Notes under the pieces: generated by a model
Databases searched by the model: none
What the model saw: the letters and a program-made list of their open reading frames with translations, nothing else
Told to the model about the DNA's origin: nothing
Program-made: the position numbers and the translations under genes
Shown here: positions 9,760 to 18,677 of the stretch, piece after piece
How the letters are laid out: every line of letters starts with the position of its first letter
Numbering within the stretch: the stretch's first letter is position 1
Assembly: GCA_047285305.1 (NCBI GenBank)
Contig: JBJBDL010000003.1
Location: 1,664,001 to 1,728,000, forward strand
Direction: 5' to 3'
Length of the DNA stretch: 64,000 bases
Source of the DNA: Synechococcus sp.
Lineage (GTDB): Bacteria; Cyanobacteriota; Cyanobacteriia; PCC-6307; Cyanobiaceae

Positions 9760-10125
9760 TCAATCCTCTTCTTCGGAACCGCCAACGGGAATCAAGCGGA
9801 TCTGTTTGCGTCCAAGCTTGATCTCATATTCATCGCCAGGCTGCAGTTCGAGCAGAGCGGTGTAGGCCTTGCCGATCAACAGATTGCCGTTGCCCTGAAC
9901 CACAGCTTTGTAGGACAGTTTGCGGCCACCTTTACCAACACCGGATGCACCGGTGGAGAACGAAAGGCCTTTGGCTTCCAGGAGAGCTTCGTAGAACGCG
10001 GTGAATTTCACCTGCTCAGAGCCGTCTTTCTTTTTGACGACGTAACCACAACCTCTGGCCAGATCTGTTTTGGCGCAATCGCCAAGCTCCTTGACGCGGT
10101 TGAGCAATTCAGCTCCGGTAAGCAT
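9760..10125 (-). CDS. AbrB family transcriptional regulator (cyanobacterial type)
   Basis: MLTGAELL...CGY...FYEALLEAKG...VQGNGNLLIGKAYT...PGDEYEIKLGRKQIRL. Confidence 0.9.
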   Translation of the reverse strand: MLTGAELLNRVKELGDCAKTDLARGCGYVVKKKDGSEQVKFTAFYEALLEAKGLSFSTGASGVGKGGRKLSYKAVVQGNGNLLIGKAYTALLELQPGDEYEIKLGRKQIRLIPVGGSEEED

Positions 10126-10291
10126 GGGTCTGTTAGGTCATGTCTTCTCTATTAGAACAAATATTGTGCAGCTCACAAGGGGAAAAAAGAATTGAATTCA
10201 GTTGATTTGCTGTGAAAACAAAAAATCAGCATGTGTTGGTGGTTAAACACAGACCTCAGCATCAAAGCGTTGGGCTCGACAATGGGTTGAA

Positions 10292-10573
10292 ATGGCCAAC
10301 TCAAAGCACCAAACCCAATCCCAACCCCAACCTCAACTTGACCAGGGGGAACAGGGATGGTTGGTGAACACAACCCATCAGCGGGTGGTGCATTTCAAAC
10401 CGGAACTGAATTCAGAAACCATGGCCTGGATCTCGATCAGGACGTATCAATACGACCCGCCCCGACCACCGGAACCCCTCAGCCATCGCCGCGTTCCGCA
10501 TCGGAACGCGATCGACACCTGGAGTGTGATGTTGAAGCGGGGCTGGAGGCCCTGCCGCGCTCCGGCCCGCTAA
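10292..10573 (+). CDS. DUF1651 domain protein
   Basis: GWLVN...VVHFKP...AIDTW..MLKRGWRPC. Confidence 0.8.
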   Translation: MANSKHQTQSQPQPQLDQGEQGWLVNTTHQRVVHFKPELNSETMAWISIRTYQYDPPRPPEPLSHRRVPHRNAIDTWSVMLKRGWRPCRAPAR

Positions 10574-10619
10574 TCACTTTCGTTGTTGTTGCTACTGGTT
10601 CGGCAATCAATGGCATCAA

Positions 10620-11153
10620 TTGAGCAGCAATGCCTGTCTTCAGGCTGTCAAAGCCAGATCACGATCGATAGGTTTCCGCTCAGGAACAGATCCAGTTGTG
10701 AGCGTCAGTTCGGTTCAGCCCGCCCAAGCCAGCAGTTCCACGAGCGTGCATGGCGCGTGGCAATTGTTGAGCTACGACGTTGAGGAACAAGCCAACGGCA
10801 ACACCTTTGCACCGATGGGGGACAACCCCAGCGGCTATGTGATCTTCACGGCGGAGGGGCGTCTCTCCTTCATGCTCTCGGCAGAGGGTCGCCAACCGGG
10901 AAGCAATGCCGAGGAGCGATCGGTCCTGCTGAGCAGCATGATCGCGTACACCGGCATCTACCGGCTCGAGGGTGACCGCTGGATCACCCAGGTTGATGTG
11001 GCCTGGAACCCGGAATGGGTAGGCACGGAACAGACCCGCTTTTTCGCAATCGACGGCGACGTGCTTATGGTGCGGACCCCCTGGCGGGTGATGCCCAACT
11101 GGCCTAAGAAAGGCCTCACCCGCAGCATTGTTCGTTTTCAGCGCTGCCACTGA
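10620..11153 (+). CDS. Lipocalin-like domain protein
   Basis: GAWQLLSY, GYVIFTAEG, AYTG.Y, WVGTEQTR; start uncertain. Confidence 0.8.
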   Translation: MSSNACLQAVKARSRSIGFRSGTDPVVSVSSVQPAQASSSTSVHGAWQLLSYDVEEQANGNTFAPMGDNPSGYVIFTAEGRLSFMLSAEGRQPGSNAEERSVLLSSMIAYTGIYRLEGDRWITQVDVAWNPEWVGTEQTRFFAIDGDVLMVRTPWRVMPNWPKKGLTRSIVRFQRCH

Positions 11154-11171
11154 ACCGGTTGAGGTGAGGGC

Positions 11172-11450
11172 TCAGGCGTCGGTCTCGCCCTTCTGGCCAC
11201 CGCAGGCGTGGCGGGGTTGGTAACCCTGCTGCTCAGCCAGGTAGCGGAGATAAACGATCTGATGACGGTCCGGCATGCCCACGGCAGCGATCAGACCCAA
11301 CGGACCGAACAGAAACCCCGCAACAGCCCAGCGGTTGCTGTTGCGCGCCTTCTGGGCGGCAACGGTTTTCGAAAGGCCAGCGCTGATCAGATGAGCGATC
11401 AGCACAAACACCAGAGACTTCAGTTCCACAGAGAAGGCGCAGCACACCAT
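11172..11450 (-). CDS. Small membrane protein
   Basis: VAAQKAR...WAVAGFLFGPLGLIAAVGMPD. Confidence 0.7.
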   Translation of the reverse strand: MVCCAFSVELKSLVFVLIAHLISAGLSKTVAAQKARNSNRWAVAGFLFGPLGLIAAVGMPDRHQIVYLRYLAEQQGYQPRHACGGQKGETDA

Positions 11451-11511
11451 TTGGGATAGCCAGCGCCTGCAGCACTGTCAGCCTTAGAACGTCTGCTCAC
11501 ACCGAGCTGTC

Positions 11512-12750
11512 ATGGCCATCAGCCCCCTCCCCAGCACGGGCGCCGTGAGCGGACTGGGGGAAACCCTGGCCTTCTTCACCCAGGCGGATTTCGCCCAGAG
11601 GCGCTTTGAGGCCCACGGTGATGTGTTCGAAACCAAGCTGCTGGCCCAGCGGATGGTGTTCATCCGCGGCGAACGGGCCATCGGCGACCTGCTGAGCCAG
11701 GGGGATGCCTTGGAGGGCTGGTGGCCCGAAAGCGTGCGGAAACTGCTGGGCAGCCGATCGCTGGCCAACCGCAGTGGGCCGGGACACAAAGCCCGCCGCC
11801 GTGTGGTGGGGCAGCTGTTCTCCAGCGCAGCACTGGCGCTCTACACCCCGTCGATCGAGCAGTTGGTGGCAGAGCTCTGCCAGGAGCTGATAACCACAAA
11901 CACACCACTGCCGCTGGCGGCACGGATGCGGCGCTTTGCCTTTGCGGTGATCGCCACCACAGTGCTGGGCCTGGATGGCACCAGCCGTGATGCCCTGTTC
12001 GCCGACTTCGAGATCTGGACTCGAGGCCTGTTCTTGATTCCTCTGGCAATTCCCGGCACCCCCTTCGCCAGGGCGATGGCGGCACGCCAAAGGCTGCTGA
12101 ACCAGATCAAGGGGGTACTCCAGGCGGGCACCAACCAAGGCGGGCTTGATCTGCTGAGCGGCGGCTTGGATGAAGCCGGCATTCCCCTGGACGATGACGA
12201 CCTGGCCGAACAGCTGCTGCTGTTGCTGTTTGCCGGCTACGAGACAACGGCCTCATCGCTGAGCTGCCTGTTCCGGGCGCTGCTGCTCAACCCGGAGGTG
12301 GAGCGCTGGTTACGCGATGGGTTGGTAAGCGAGGCGGCATCAGCACGGTTGGACGCAACGGTGTTGGAGGTGATGAGGCTGACGCCGCCTGTGGGAGGGT
12401 TTTTCCGGCGCAGCCTGGCACCGATCGAGCTGGCGGGAGTGTCCGTTCCCGAAGGCAGTGTGATCCAGGTGGTACTGGGCCCAACGTCGGCCAGCGATGA
12501 CGAGGATCTGGCAGCATTCCGGCCGCAACGCCACCTCGATGGCTCCTTCAAGCAGACGCTGCTGCCCTTCGGCGGCGGCGAAAGGGTCTGCCTGGGCAAG
12601 GCCCTGGCGGAGCTGGAAATCCGCCTGATGGCGATGGGACTGGTGCAGGCTGTGGAGCTGCAGCTGCAACCGGATCAAAACCTGGCGCTGCAGCTGATGC
12701 CCAGCCCCACACCCAAAGACGGGCTGCTGGTTCAGGCCACCGCACGGTGA
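11512..12750 (+). CDS. Cytochrome P450
   Basis: FAGYETT I-helix, EVMR ExxR and PFGGGERVCLG heme motif. Confidence 0.95.
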   Translation: MAISPLPSTGAVSGLGETLAFFTQADFAQRRFEAHGDVFETKLLAQRMVFIRGERAIGDLLSQGDALEGWWPESVRKLLGSRSLANRSGPGHKARRRVVGQLFSSAALALYTPSIEQLVAELCQELITTNTPLPLAARMRRFAFAVIATTVLGLDGTSRDALFADFEIWTRGLFLIPLAIPGTPFARAMAARQRLLNQIKGVLQAGTNQGGLDLLSGGLDEAGIPLDDDDLAEQLLLLLFAGYETTASSLSCLFRALLLNPEVERWLRDGLVSEAASARLDATVLEVMRLTPPVGGFFRRSLAPIELAGVSVPEGSVIQVVLGPTSASDDEDLAAFRPQRHLDGSFKQTLLPFGGGERVCLGKALAELEIRLMAMGLVQAVELQLQPDQNLALQLMPSPTPKDGLLVQATAR

Positions 12751-12998
12751 TTGAGACGGTGACGGCGACGCCCGAGGGGTTCGATCCAGTCAACCAGCAC
12801 TTCCTGGTGGCGCAGCATCGGCTCCGGCAGGCGGCAGCCGAGGTTGATCTGGCCTTGGTCCATCAAGCGTCCCAGGCGGATGGCGGCGGCCTCCTCGGGC
12901 CTATCAAAGCTTGTCTGATGGGAGGCCAGCCAGTTCACCTCGTGCTCGGTGATCACCCCGGTGGAGAGGCTCTCCAGAAAAATTTCTCCGACGGTCAT
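12732..12998 (-). CDS. Small hypothetical protein
   Basis: MTVGEIFLESLSTGVIT...RLGRLMDQGQINLG. Confidence 0.7.
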   Translation of the reverse strand: MTVGEIFLESLSTGVITEHEVNWLASHQTSFDRPEEAAAIRLGRLMDQGQINLGCRLPEPMLRHQEVLVDWIEPLGRRRHRLNHRAVA

Positions 12999-13006
12999 GA
13001 GAAACG

Positions 13007-13024
13007 TGTAACGAATTCGTTACA
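13007..13024. promoter_or_regulatory. Perfect 18 bp palindrome, putative operator
   Basis: TGTAACGAATTCGTTACA, 8 nt from the start codon at 12998. Confidence 0.4.
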
Positions 13025-13063
13025 TCCTGGCGCGCAGGGTCAGTGGCCGTGGATCGATGCCTC

Positions 13064-13288
13064 TCAAGAGAGCCACTGATCGGCTTCCATCACCTTTTTG
13101 ATCAACAGGCCGAGGCGCTTGAACTCCGCGAAGTTCACATCCTTCACCGCCTGATCCAGGCCTCAATCCACCCATGCACCATCACGCTTCTCCTCAATCG
13201 TGTAGTCAAGCTCGAGGGCGTCGTGGCGAATCCGATAAGTAATGCCGTCGTCGTGGAGGTAATCAGCAGAAACCAGCTGCAAACCCAT
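13064..13288 (-). pseudogene. Small hypothetical gene with an in-frame TGA
   Basis: MGLQLVSADY...DGAWVD*GLDQAVKDVNFAEFKRLGLLIKKVMEADQWLS; stop at 13163-13165. Confidence 0.6.
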
Positions 13289-13300
13289 TAATCGTTTGCG

Positions 13301-13909
13301 TCAATCCAGCGATGGTGGCGTGAAGGTGTCGGCCACCGCAACAATCCAACGGGCTGCCGCCGCCGCCACCTGTTCCTTGGTGACGTTGAACTCCAGATCA
13401 TGCCCTTGCTCGAGCAGGTCGGGAATGATCGTCTGCCATGCCATCCCGGCGGCGCTGGCATTGAGATCGCCGATCAGCACGAAGGCCTTGGCCGCTCCGG
13501 TGACGGCATCGGTGTACTCGGGATTGGCACTCACCTTGCTGCGGTACCAATCGCCCACCAGATCCCTCTGGGCCTTGCTCAGAAACGGCGGAGCGCCAAC
13601 GAGGTAGGCATCAAGCACAAGCATTGGACTGGGCACGCTCTTGCCCGGGTGTTTGAGCTCAAACCAGGCCTGGCCGATGGAGGCGGCATCGGGCCAGTGG
13701 CAGAGGATCGCTGCGTCCTGGCTGTCTAGAGAGCGCTGAGTGGCCAGCTGATCAATGCGTTCCATCAGGGCGGACCCGGCGAGGGCCGGCTCACTACGGG
13801 CGTTCTCGGCGCGAGCTTCGTTGATCGCCTCGGCCACGGCCGCCTCGTTCTCGTTGAGCTGCTCGAGGGCCCGCTTGAGGTTGGCGTCGGCGTCGGTGGG
13901 GCTGGCCAA
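13301..13909 (-). CDS. Hypothetical protein
   Basis: 202 aa ORF with host-like GC3 bias. Confidence 0.7.
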   Translation of the reverse strand: MASPTDADANLKRALEQLNENEAAVAEAINEARAENARSEPALAGSALMERIDQLATQRSLDSQDAAILCHWPDAASIGQAWFELKHPGKSVPSPMLVLDAYLVGAPPFLSKAQRDLVGDWYRSKVSANPEYTDAVTGAAKAFVLIGDLNASAAGMAWQTIIPDLLEQGHDLEFNVTKEQVAAAAARWIVAVADTFTPPSLD

Positions 13910-13979
13910 AAAGCAACGAGCGGGCGTAACCCCAAGATGTCATTGCAGTCGCCAAGACGCAGCCAAGGCAACGAGCACG

Positions 13980-14219
13980 CTATTGATAATTTTCAACCTG
14001 AAGGTTGTAAGCCGATACCAGCAGATTTTTATCCAGACAGATCTCGGCTGGAAATTTTGGTGACGCTGATTTGATCAGCCGCAAGTGAACATCAATCGGC
14101 TTATATCCCCCTCTCAGACAGCTCTCAAAGAATTTGGAGACAGCAACTTCGAGGACTTCAGCACCAAAGAGAGGCGTAACTTGACCGCTTTCGTGCACCA
14201 AAAGCCCGAAGTAATGCAT
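13980..14219 (-). CDS. Hypothetical protein
   Basis: 79 aa ORF. Confidence 0.4.
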   Translation of the reverse strand: MHYFGLLVHESGQVTPLFGAEVLEVAVSKFFESCLRGGYKPIDVHLRLIKSASPKFPAEICLDKNLLVSAYNLQVENYQ

Positions 14220-14316
14220 CGACTAAATCAAAGAGTCGAAACTTTACAAAAGCAAGAGTCATTTGCAATAAGCATAAATACTCACGCAAATGCGCTACCA
14301 AAAAGTGGGCTCTCAT

Positions 14317-14344
14317 AAAAAAGCAGGAGGAATGTCCCTCCTGC
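14317..14344 (-). terminator. Intrinsic terminator after the linker gene
   Basis: GCAGGAGG-loop-CCTCCTGC followed by T6 on the minus strand. Confidence 0.75.
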
Positions 14345-14381
14345 CCTTATTACTCAACTCATCGCTGCAGGCAGCAATGAA

Positions 14382-15254
14382 TCAGAAGCGGCCGTAGTTA
14401 AACTTGCCGCCATACATGCGGCGGTAAGCCGCGTTGCGGGGGTTGCTTACGGCGTTCGTGTAGGAGAAACCACCACGATCGCTGTCGTCTGAATAAACAG
14501 CAGCAGCAGCGAAGGAACCGAGATCCATGGTGAAACGCTTCACCAGGGAAGGGCCGGTGTACATGGCGTTTTCAGAGCTGGCATTGGCCGGAGTGATTTC
14601 GGCCATACCAACAAAGGTGGAGCAGGAAGCACGTGCTTCCGACTTGAAACCACGCAGATAGGGAACCGTGTCGGTTCCGAAGGTTTCCAAGTACTCCTCC
14701 GAACGAACGAGGCTGTCAACGAAAGCGTCGAAACCCTCTTCAGCGATCAGCTGAATGCCAGCACTCACTTCCTTCTGATTGATCGGAGGGCGACCCAGCA
14801 GGTGCTTGGTGGTGAGCTCGATGCCGCGCATGGGAGACACGACGTGGAAAAACTTCTGCTTGTACAGCTCAGATTTCACCAGGCCTGCCATGAAGCCCTG
14901 AACATTTATGCGGCCGTCACAGAGGAAAGCCTCCAATGAGACGAGACGCTGGTTGTCGGAGATACCGATGTTTCCAAACACCTGCTTATAGCCAGCGGTG
15001 ATGGCAGCTTCCAGAGCCTGGCTGCCTGTTGAGGCATAGGAGTGGTTGATCGCCGAGAAGGGGCACTCCTCATGGATCCGGGGGCCCATACCAATGCCCA
15101 TAGCGGCGCACTGGTTTTGCTTGTACTCAGCAGGTGTAGATGCAGCTTTGCCCTTGTTGGAGCTGGCACTTTTGGCTGCATCCACGGAGTTCGCAAATGC
15201 GAATGACACCCGCTGTTCGTGGGTGAAATCCCGCTTGTACTTCAGGGCTGGCAT
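14382..15254 (-). CDS. Phycoerythrin-associated phycobilisome rod linker (MpeE/F/G-like)
   Basis: PBS linker domain YKQVFGN...KHLLGRPP...EEYLETFG.DTVPY.R; N-terminal CAAMGIGMGPRIHEECPF motif typical of chromophorylated PE-II linkers. Confidence 0.88.
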   Translation of the reverse strand: MPALKYKRDFTHEQRVSFAFANSVDAAKSASSNKGKAASTPAEYKQNQCAAMGIGMGPRIHEECPFSAINHSYASTGSQALEAAITAGYKQVFGNIGISDNQRLVSLEAFLCDGRINVQGFMAGLVKSELYKQKFFHVVSPMRGIELTTKHLLGRPPINQKEVSAGIQLIAEEGFDAFVDSLVRSEEYLETFGTDTVPYLRGFKSEARASCSTFVGMAEITPANASSENAMYTGPSLVKRFTMDLGSFAAAAVYSDDSDRGGFSYTNAVSNPRNAAYRRMYGGKFNYGRF

Positions 15255-15453
15255 CCGAGAAAACAGTGAAATCAGACTAAAGATATGGCGATCGCTTCAT
15301 CTATGGAGATGAACTTAGTAATAGTTAAAAGCTGCGTTGCAGCAGCAATAGGCATTGATTGCTTAAGGCCAAAACGAAAGCCTGATCTCGGCCAGAAAGC
15401 AGGCTCACCCGAGGGTGTTGGCCACAACCCTCGGGAAGGGTTGGTCTTGAATC

Positions 15454-15690
15454 TCAGCCGCCATTGCAGGAGCGAACGGCTTCAGCTGGAGAGCGGCCCT
15501 CAGCCACAACAGTTTCAACGCAGCGGTTGAACAGGCGGCTCACCTGCTTTACGGCGCACAAGCAAAAGGCGATGGCTGCCAACGACACGGCAGACACCAC
15601 GGTGGCGGAGATCTGAACCAGGCCATAGGCGAGCATCGCCCTCTTCTTGCCGCCGCAAGACTGTTGGTTGCTGGTTTCCTCGGACAACAC
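15454..15690 (-). CDS. Small membrane protein ending AVRSCNGG (paralog family B)
   Basis: TM helix, FNRCV and C-terminal CNGG; similar to 39479. Confidence 0.65.
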   Translation of the reverse strand: MLSEETSNQQSCGGKKRAMLAYGLVQISATVVSAVSLAAIAFCLCAVKQVSRLFNRCVETVVAEGRSPAEAVRSCNGG

Positions 15691-15782
15691 AAAAAAGTAA
15701 TGGCGAACCCCTATGGATCAAGCGTTGGCAACCGAAGCGAGTTCACGACCGTGATCACCGAACAGGATTACTCCGCAGGAAT

Positions 15783-16490
15783 CAGCCGAGGGGATCGACT
15801 AGTCAGTAGAGCAACGCCACGGCCAATTGGGTGAGATCCACGGCACCCCACTTGTCTTTGGCGTAACCACGTGGGTCTTCACCGTTTCCACTGAGATGTC
15901 GAGGCTGTTGCCGATGCCCTGGTTGGTGAGGCCGCGGGCCACCCCCGCCACCACCTCAAGTTCCCGCCCAGTGAGCTCTTCAATCAACGGCGGCAGGTTC
16001 GGGTTCTGCGTCTGGGCCGCACCGAGCTGGCGAATCTCCTCAGGGAGATACACGCCACCTTCAGAAAGGGTTTGGAGAGCTTGAACGAAATCACCCTTGC
16101 CGGTGCCGAGGCTTGATTTGAAGAGCACCGTATCGGCGTAGGACTGCATCGCCTCCTGCACCACGGCCTGGGTTTCGCGCACCAGCACGATCAACAGCTG
16201 ACAGGTGGGCAGCTCAGCCTTCAGCCGACGCAGCAGGTTCATGCCGCAACCAGTCTCCAGATCCGAGTTGCAGATCAGCAGGCTCGGCTTGTGGCGCAGC
16301 ACCATCTCAAAGCCTTCCTATTCGGTGGTGGCGGCACCAACCACGGCACAACGGATCGGCGCCAAGCAAAGGCAAGTGAGGGTGAGGCGATCTCCGCAAC
16401 AAGCCACCACCCGCTGGATCTTGAAAAACTGCGCCGTCGCTTCGATGGATTCATGCAACGCGCACGACTCGAGCCACAGCTTTATCCCAG
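15783..16490 (-). pseudogene. NarL/LuxR family response regulator, disrupted
   Basis: Receiver-like part interrupted by in-frame TAG at 16318-16320; HTH LTGRELEVVAGVARGLTNQGIG..ISVETVKTHV then frameshifted; 5' end approximate. Confidence 0.8.
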
Positions 16491-16510
16491 GCAATTCGGA
16501 TGCCCTTCTT

Positions 16511-16699
16511 CTAACGGCGTTTAGATGGCTCAGCTGCAAAGCCATCACGCCCCCCATCCCGACGAACAACGCCACGGATGCAGTGGGGATAGCGCTTACG
16601 CCACAGGCGCCAGGCCTGGGCGGCATCGACCACCTGCACCGTTTCAGTCTGCAGCTCGCCCTTGCGCTGAAGAATAAGGCAATACAAAGGGGACATCAC
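16511..16699 (-). CDS. Small hypothetical protein
   Basis: PLYCLILQRKGELQTETVQVVDAAQAWR; paralog of the N-half of 1718-2083. Confidence 0.55.
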   Translation of the reverse strand: MMSPLYCLILQRKGELQTETVQVVDAAQAWRLWRKRYPHCIRGVVRRDGGRDGFAAEPSKRR

Positions 16700-16894
16700 A
16701 ACCGGCGGCGCGCTCTTTTATTCCGCAAAAAGGGAATGGATTTCACATCCCTCAGTTGGGGGAGCCATCTGGGTAGTTATGTCCCTCAAATAGGGGATAC
16801 AAAGCAATGCTCAAAGTGCCAAGGCCACCTTCGTGTCATTTGGCACAACAGCATTGATGTGCAGCCAGCAGATTGATGGTGTTGCATCAAAACT

Positions 16895-17122
16895 GTGGCC
16901 AGCCGGCTGCGTCGATCCCTGCTTCAACTCGGTGACCGCTTTGGCCGCCGCATGCAGCGCTGGCCGGAAGGATCTTGGCCCGATGCCATGCAACGCAGCC
17001 CCCGCCGGGTTCGTAGCACCGCCAAGGATGTGATCAAAAGCACCGCCCAGGCAGCGGTGGGACTGGGGCGGCGAGCTGCACGCCTGGGGATGGAATCGAT
17101 CAAACAAGCCAGCAACCGATGA
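16895..17122 (+). CDS. Basic hypothetical protein
   Basis: 75 aa ORF, start uncertain. Confidence 0.35.
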   Translation: MASRLRRSLLQLGDRFGRRMQRWPEGSWPDAMQRSPRRVRSTAKDVIKSTAQAAVGLGRRAARLGMESIKQASNR

Positions 17123-17316
17123 ACAGCGGCTTGCTGGTGTTGTCTGTTCTGCTGTTTGTGGCCGCTGCCACCTTGATCAGCATGAGCTGATTAGGAACAA
17201 ATACTCAACGCGATCAAACAGATCGATCGGCAACCAAATTCAAAAAAAACAACAGCGGTTGATACAGCTTGTCGGGGGAATTTACCTGATCATTAATTCA
17301 TTAAATTCCAAAGCCA

Positions 17317-17418
17317 ATGGAATTCCTAGTTGCCAGCTGCTTCATTTTTCCGCTCTCAGCCCTATGGATTCAATCCCGGGAAGACGACAACAATGAAGAC
17401 GAGATGGACTTTCTCTGA
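17317..17418 (+). CDS. 33 aa microprotein (TM plus acidic tail)
   Basis: MEFLVASCFIFPLSALWIQSREDDNNEDEMDFL. Confidence 0.5.
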   Translation: MEFLVASCFIFPLSALWIQSREDDNNEDEMDFL

Positions 17419-17419
17419 A

Positions 17420-17590
17420 TCAAGCCCTAGAGGACGGCAAGGCTGAAGCCTTCAACATGGGCCGGAAAATCCACAGCCAGCATGGTGATTGAGAGCGATA
17501 CCTATCAGCGCAAGTGACATGACCTGATTTTGCCGAGGCAACAACCATATCCCTGGCTAATTCCGGACGTTTTTCCCAGAAAAAATGCAT
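17420..17590 (-). pseudogene. Frameshifted copy of the 56 aa MHFSWEK gene
   Basis: MHFFWEKRPELARDMVVAS then out of frame, back in frame at LKASALPSSR. Confidence 0.6.
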
Positions 17591-17676
17591 CAGCTTCAAG
17601 CCGATGCCTGCTTTCTAAGGCCTTAAGCGTTTCCGATCCAGGTAATTAAATGAAAATTGAGCGTACCTTCTCCTAA

Positions 17677-17847
17677 TCAAGACCTAGAGGACGGCAAGGC
17701 TGAAGCCTTCAACTCATGGGCCAGTAGATCCGTGGCCAACATGGTGAGAGCAACACCCATCAGGGCAAGGGCTATGCCTTGATTTTTGTCTGATGCAACA
17801 GCTACATTTCTGGACAATTCAAGATGTTTTTCCCAGGAGAAATGCAT
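17677..17847 (-). CDS. 56 aa microprotein
   Basis: MHFSWEKHLELSRNVAVASDKNQGIALALMGVALTMLATDLLAHELKASALPSSRS. Confidence 0.65.
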   Translation of the reverse strand: MHFSWEKHLELSRNVAVASDKNQGIALALMGVALTMLATDLLAHELKASALPSSRS

Positions 17848-18044
17848 CAGCTCCAGGCCTATACATGCTTTCTAAGGCCATAAGCCTTTGCGATCCGAGT
17901 TATTAGAGGCATTCAGAAATGTTCTGTAATGACAGCAATGCATTGAGATGAGCATTTTTTCCTCAAATCGGTTGCAAGTACTACGTTTTTGATTTGCAGC
18001 AACAAAAGTTCTCAGGTACGTTCCGCTCACAAAGCCACAAGCCA

Positions 18045-18224
18045 ATGGAACCGATCGCGTTGACTCTGGGCCAGAAATTTGAAGTCGAGAAATTCTCACG
18101 CGAAATCGACAATTCGGATGACCTTGTAGCCCTACGCAGCATTGCAAAAGAGCTGTTAGTGGCATGGAAGCAACAGCAAGCAGCATCAGCCTGGATAGTT
18201 CGCCAGCAGTCCCAGGGCCTCTGA
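18045..18224 (+). CDS. nblA: Phycobilisome degradation adaptor NblA-like protein
   Basis: 59 aa, LTLGQKFEVEKF..EI...L..L..Q, resembling the NblA LSLEQQF helix-loop-helix pattern. Confidence 0.7.
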   Translation: MEPIALTLGQKFEVEKFSREIDNSDDLVALRSIAKELLVAWKQQQAASAWIVRQQSQGL

Positions 18225-18251
18225 AATCAGCTCCTTTCGCTCTTAGCGCCA

Positions 18252-18443
18252 ATGGAAGACAACCAAATGATCACCACCATTACGTTGGAAAGAGATGTTC
18301 TGCGTGTTCTGCACCGTGTCGTAGCTGAAGCTCACGACAACTGGCCCGGCGGTGATGCAACCGAACAGGCTTGTCTGTTAAACATGAAGACCCAGCTCTA
18401 TGCGGCCTTGATGGACCACCTGCTCGAATCGGGTTCTATCTAA
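18252..18443 (+). CDS. Small WPGG-motif protein
   Basis: NWPGGDATEQACL..MKTQLYAALMD. Confidence 0.65.
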   Translation: MEDNQMITTITLERDVLRVLHRVVAEAHDNWPGGDATEQACLLNMKTQLYAALMDHLLESGSI

Positions 18444-18677
18444 GCCTTTTTTCAGCAGGAAATCAGTACTTTTCCCTTACCCAGTAGAAAAACTCATGTC
18501 TAGGCAGGAGCAGCGGAAACAGACTTAATCCGGCTGTGGAGTTCCCCATGCAATCTGATCGCTCCCGCCTTCGCGAACTGGAGATTCGTGTCGCCAACCC
18601 GCAGCACTGGAGTTCCGGCGAACACCAAATCAATGTTGAAAACCTCCGACAGCTGCGTTTTCAAATTGAAGATCAGC

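Larger units (their letters stand above)
17418..17905. repeat. Diverged tandem duplication of about 230 bp
   Basis: Copies at ~17418-17650 and ~17675-17905 share an identical CCTAGAGGACGGCAAGGCTGAAGCCTTCAAC and align throughout. Confidence 0.9.

Noticed and set aside
13163..13165. Selenocysteine TGA
   Set aside because: No redox-motif context, and no SECIS-like hairpin recognised; a nonsense mutation is simpler
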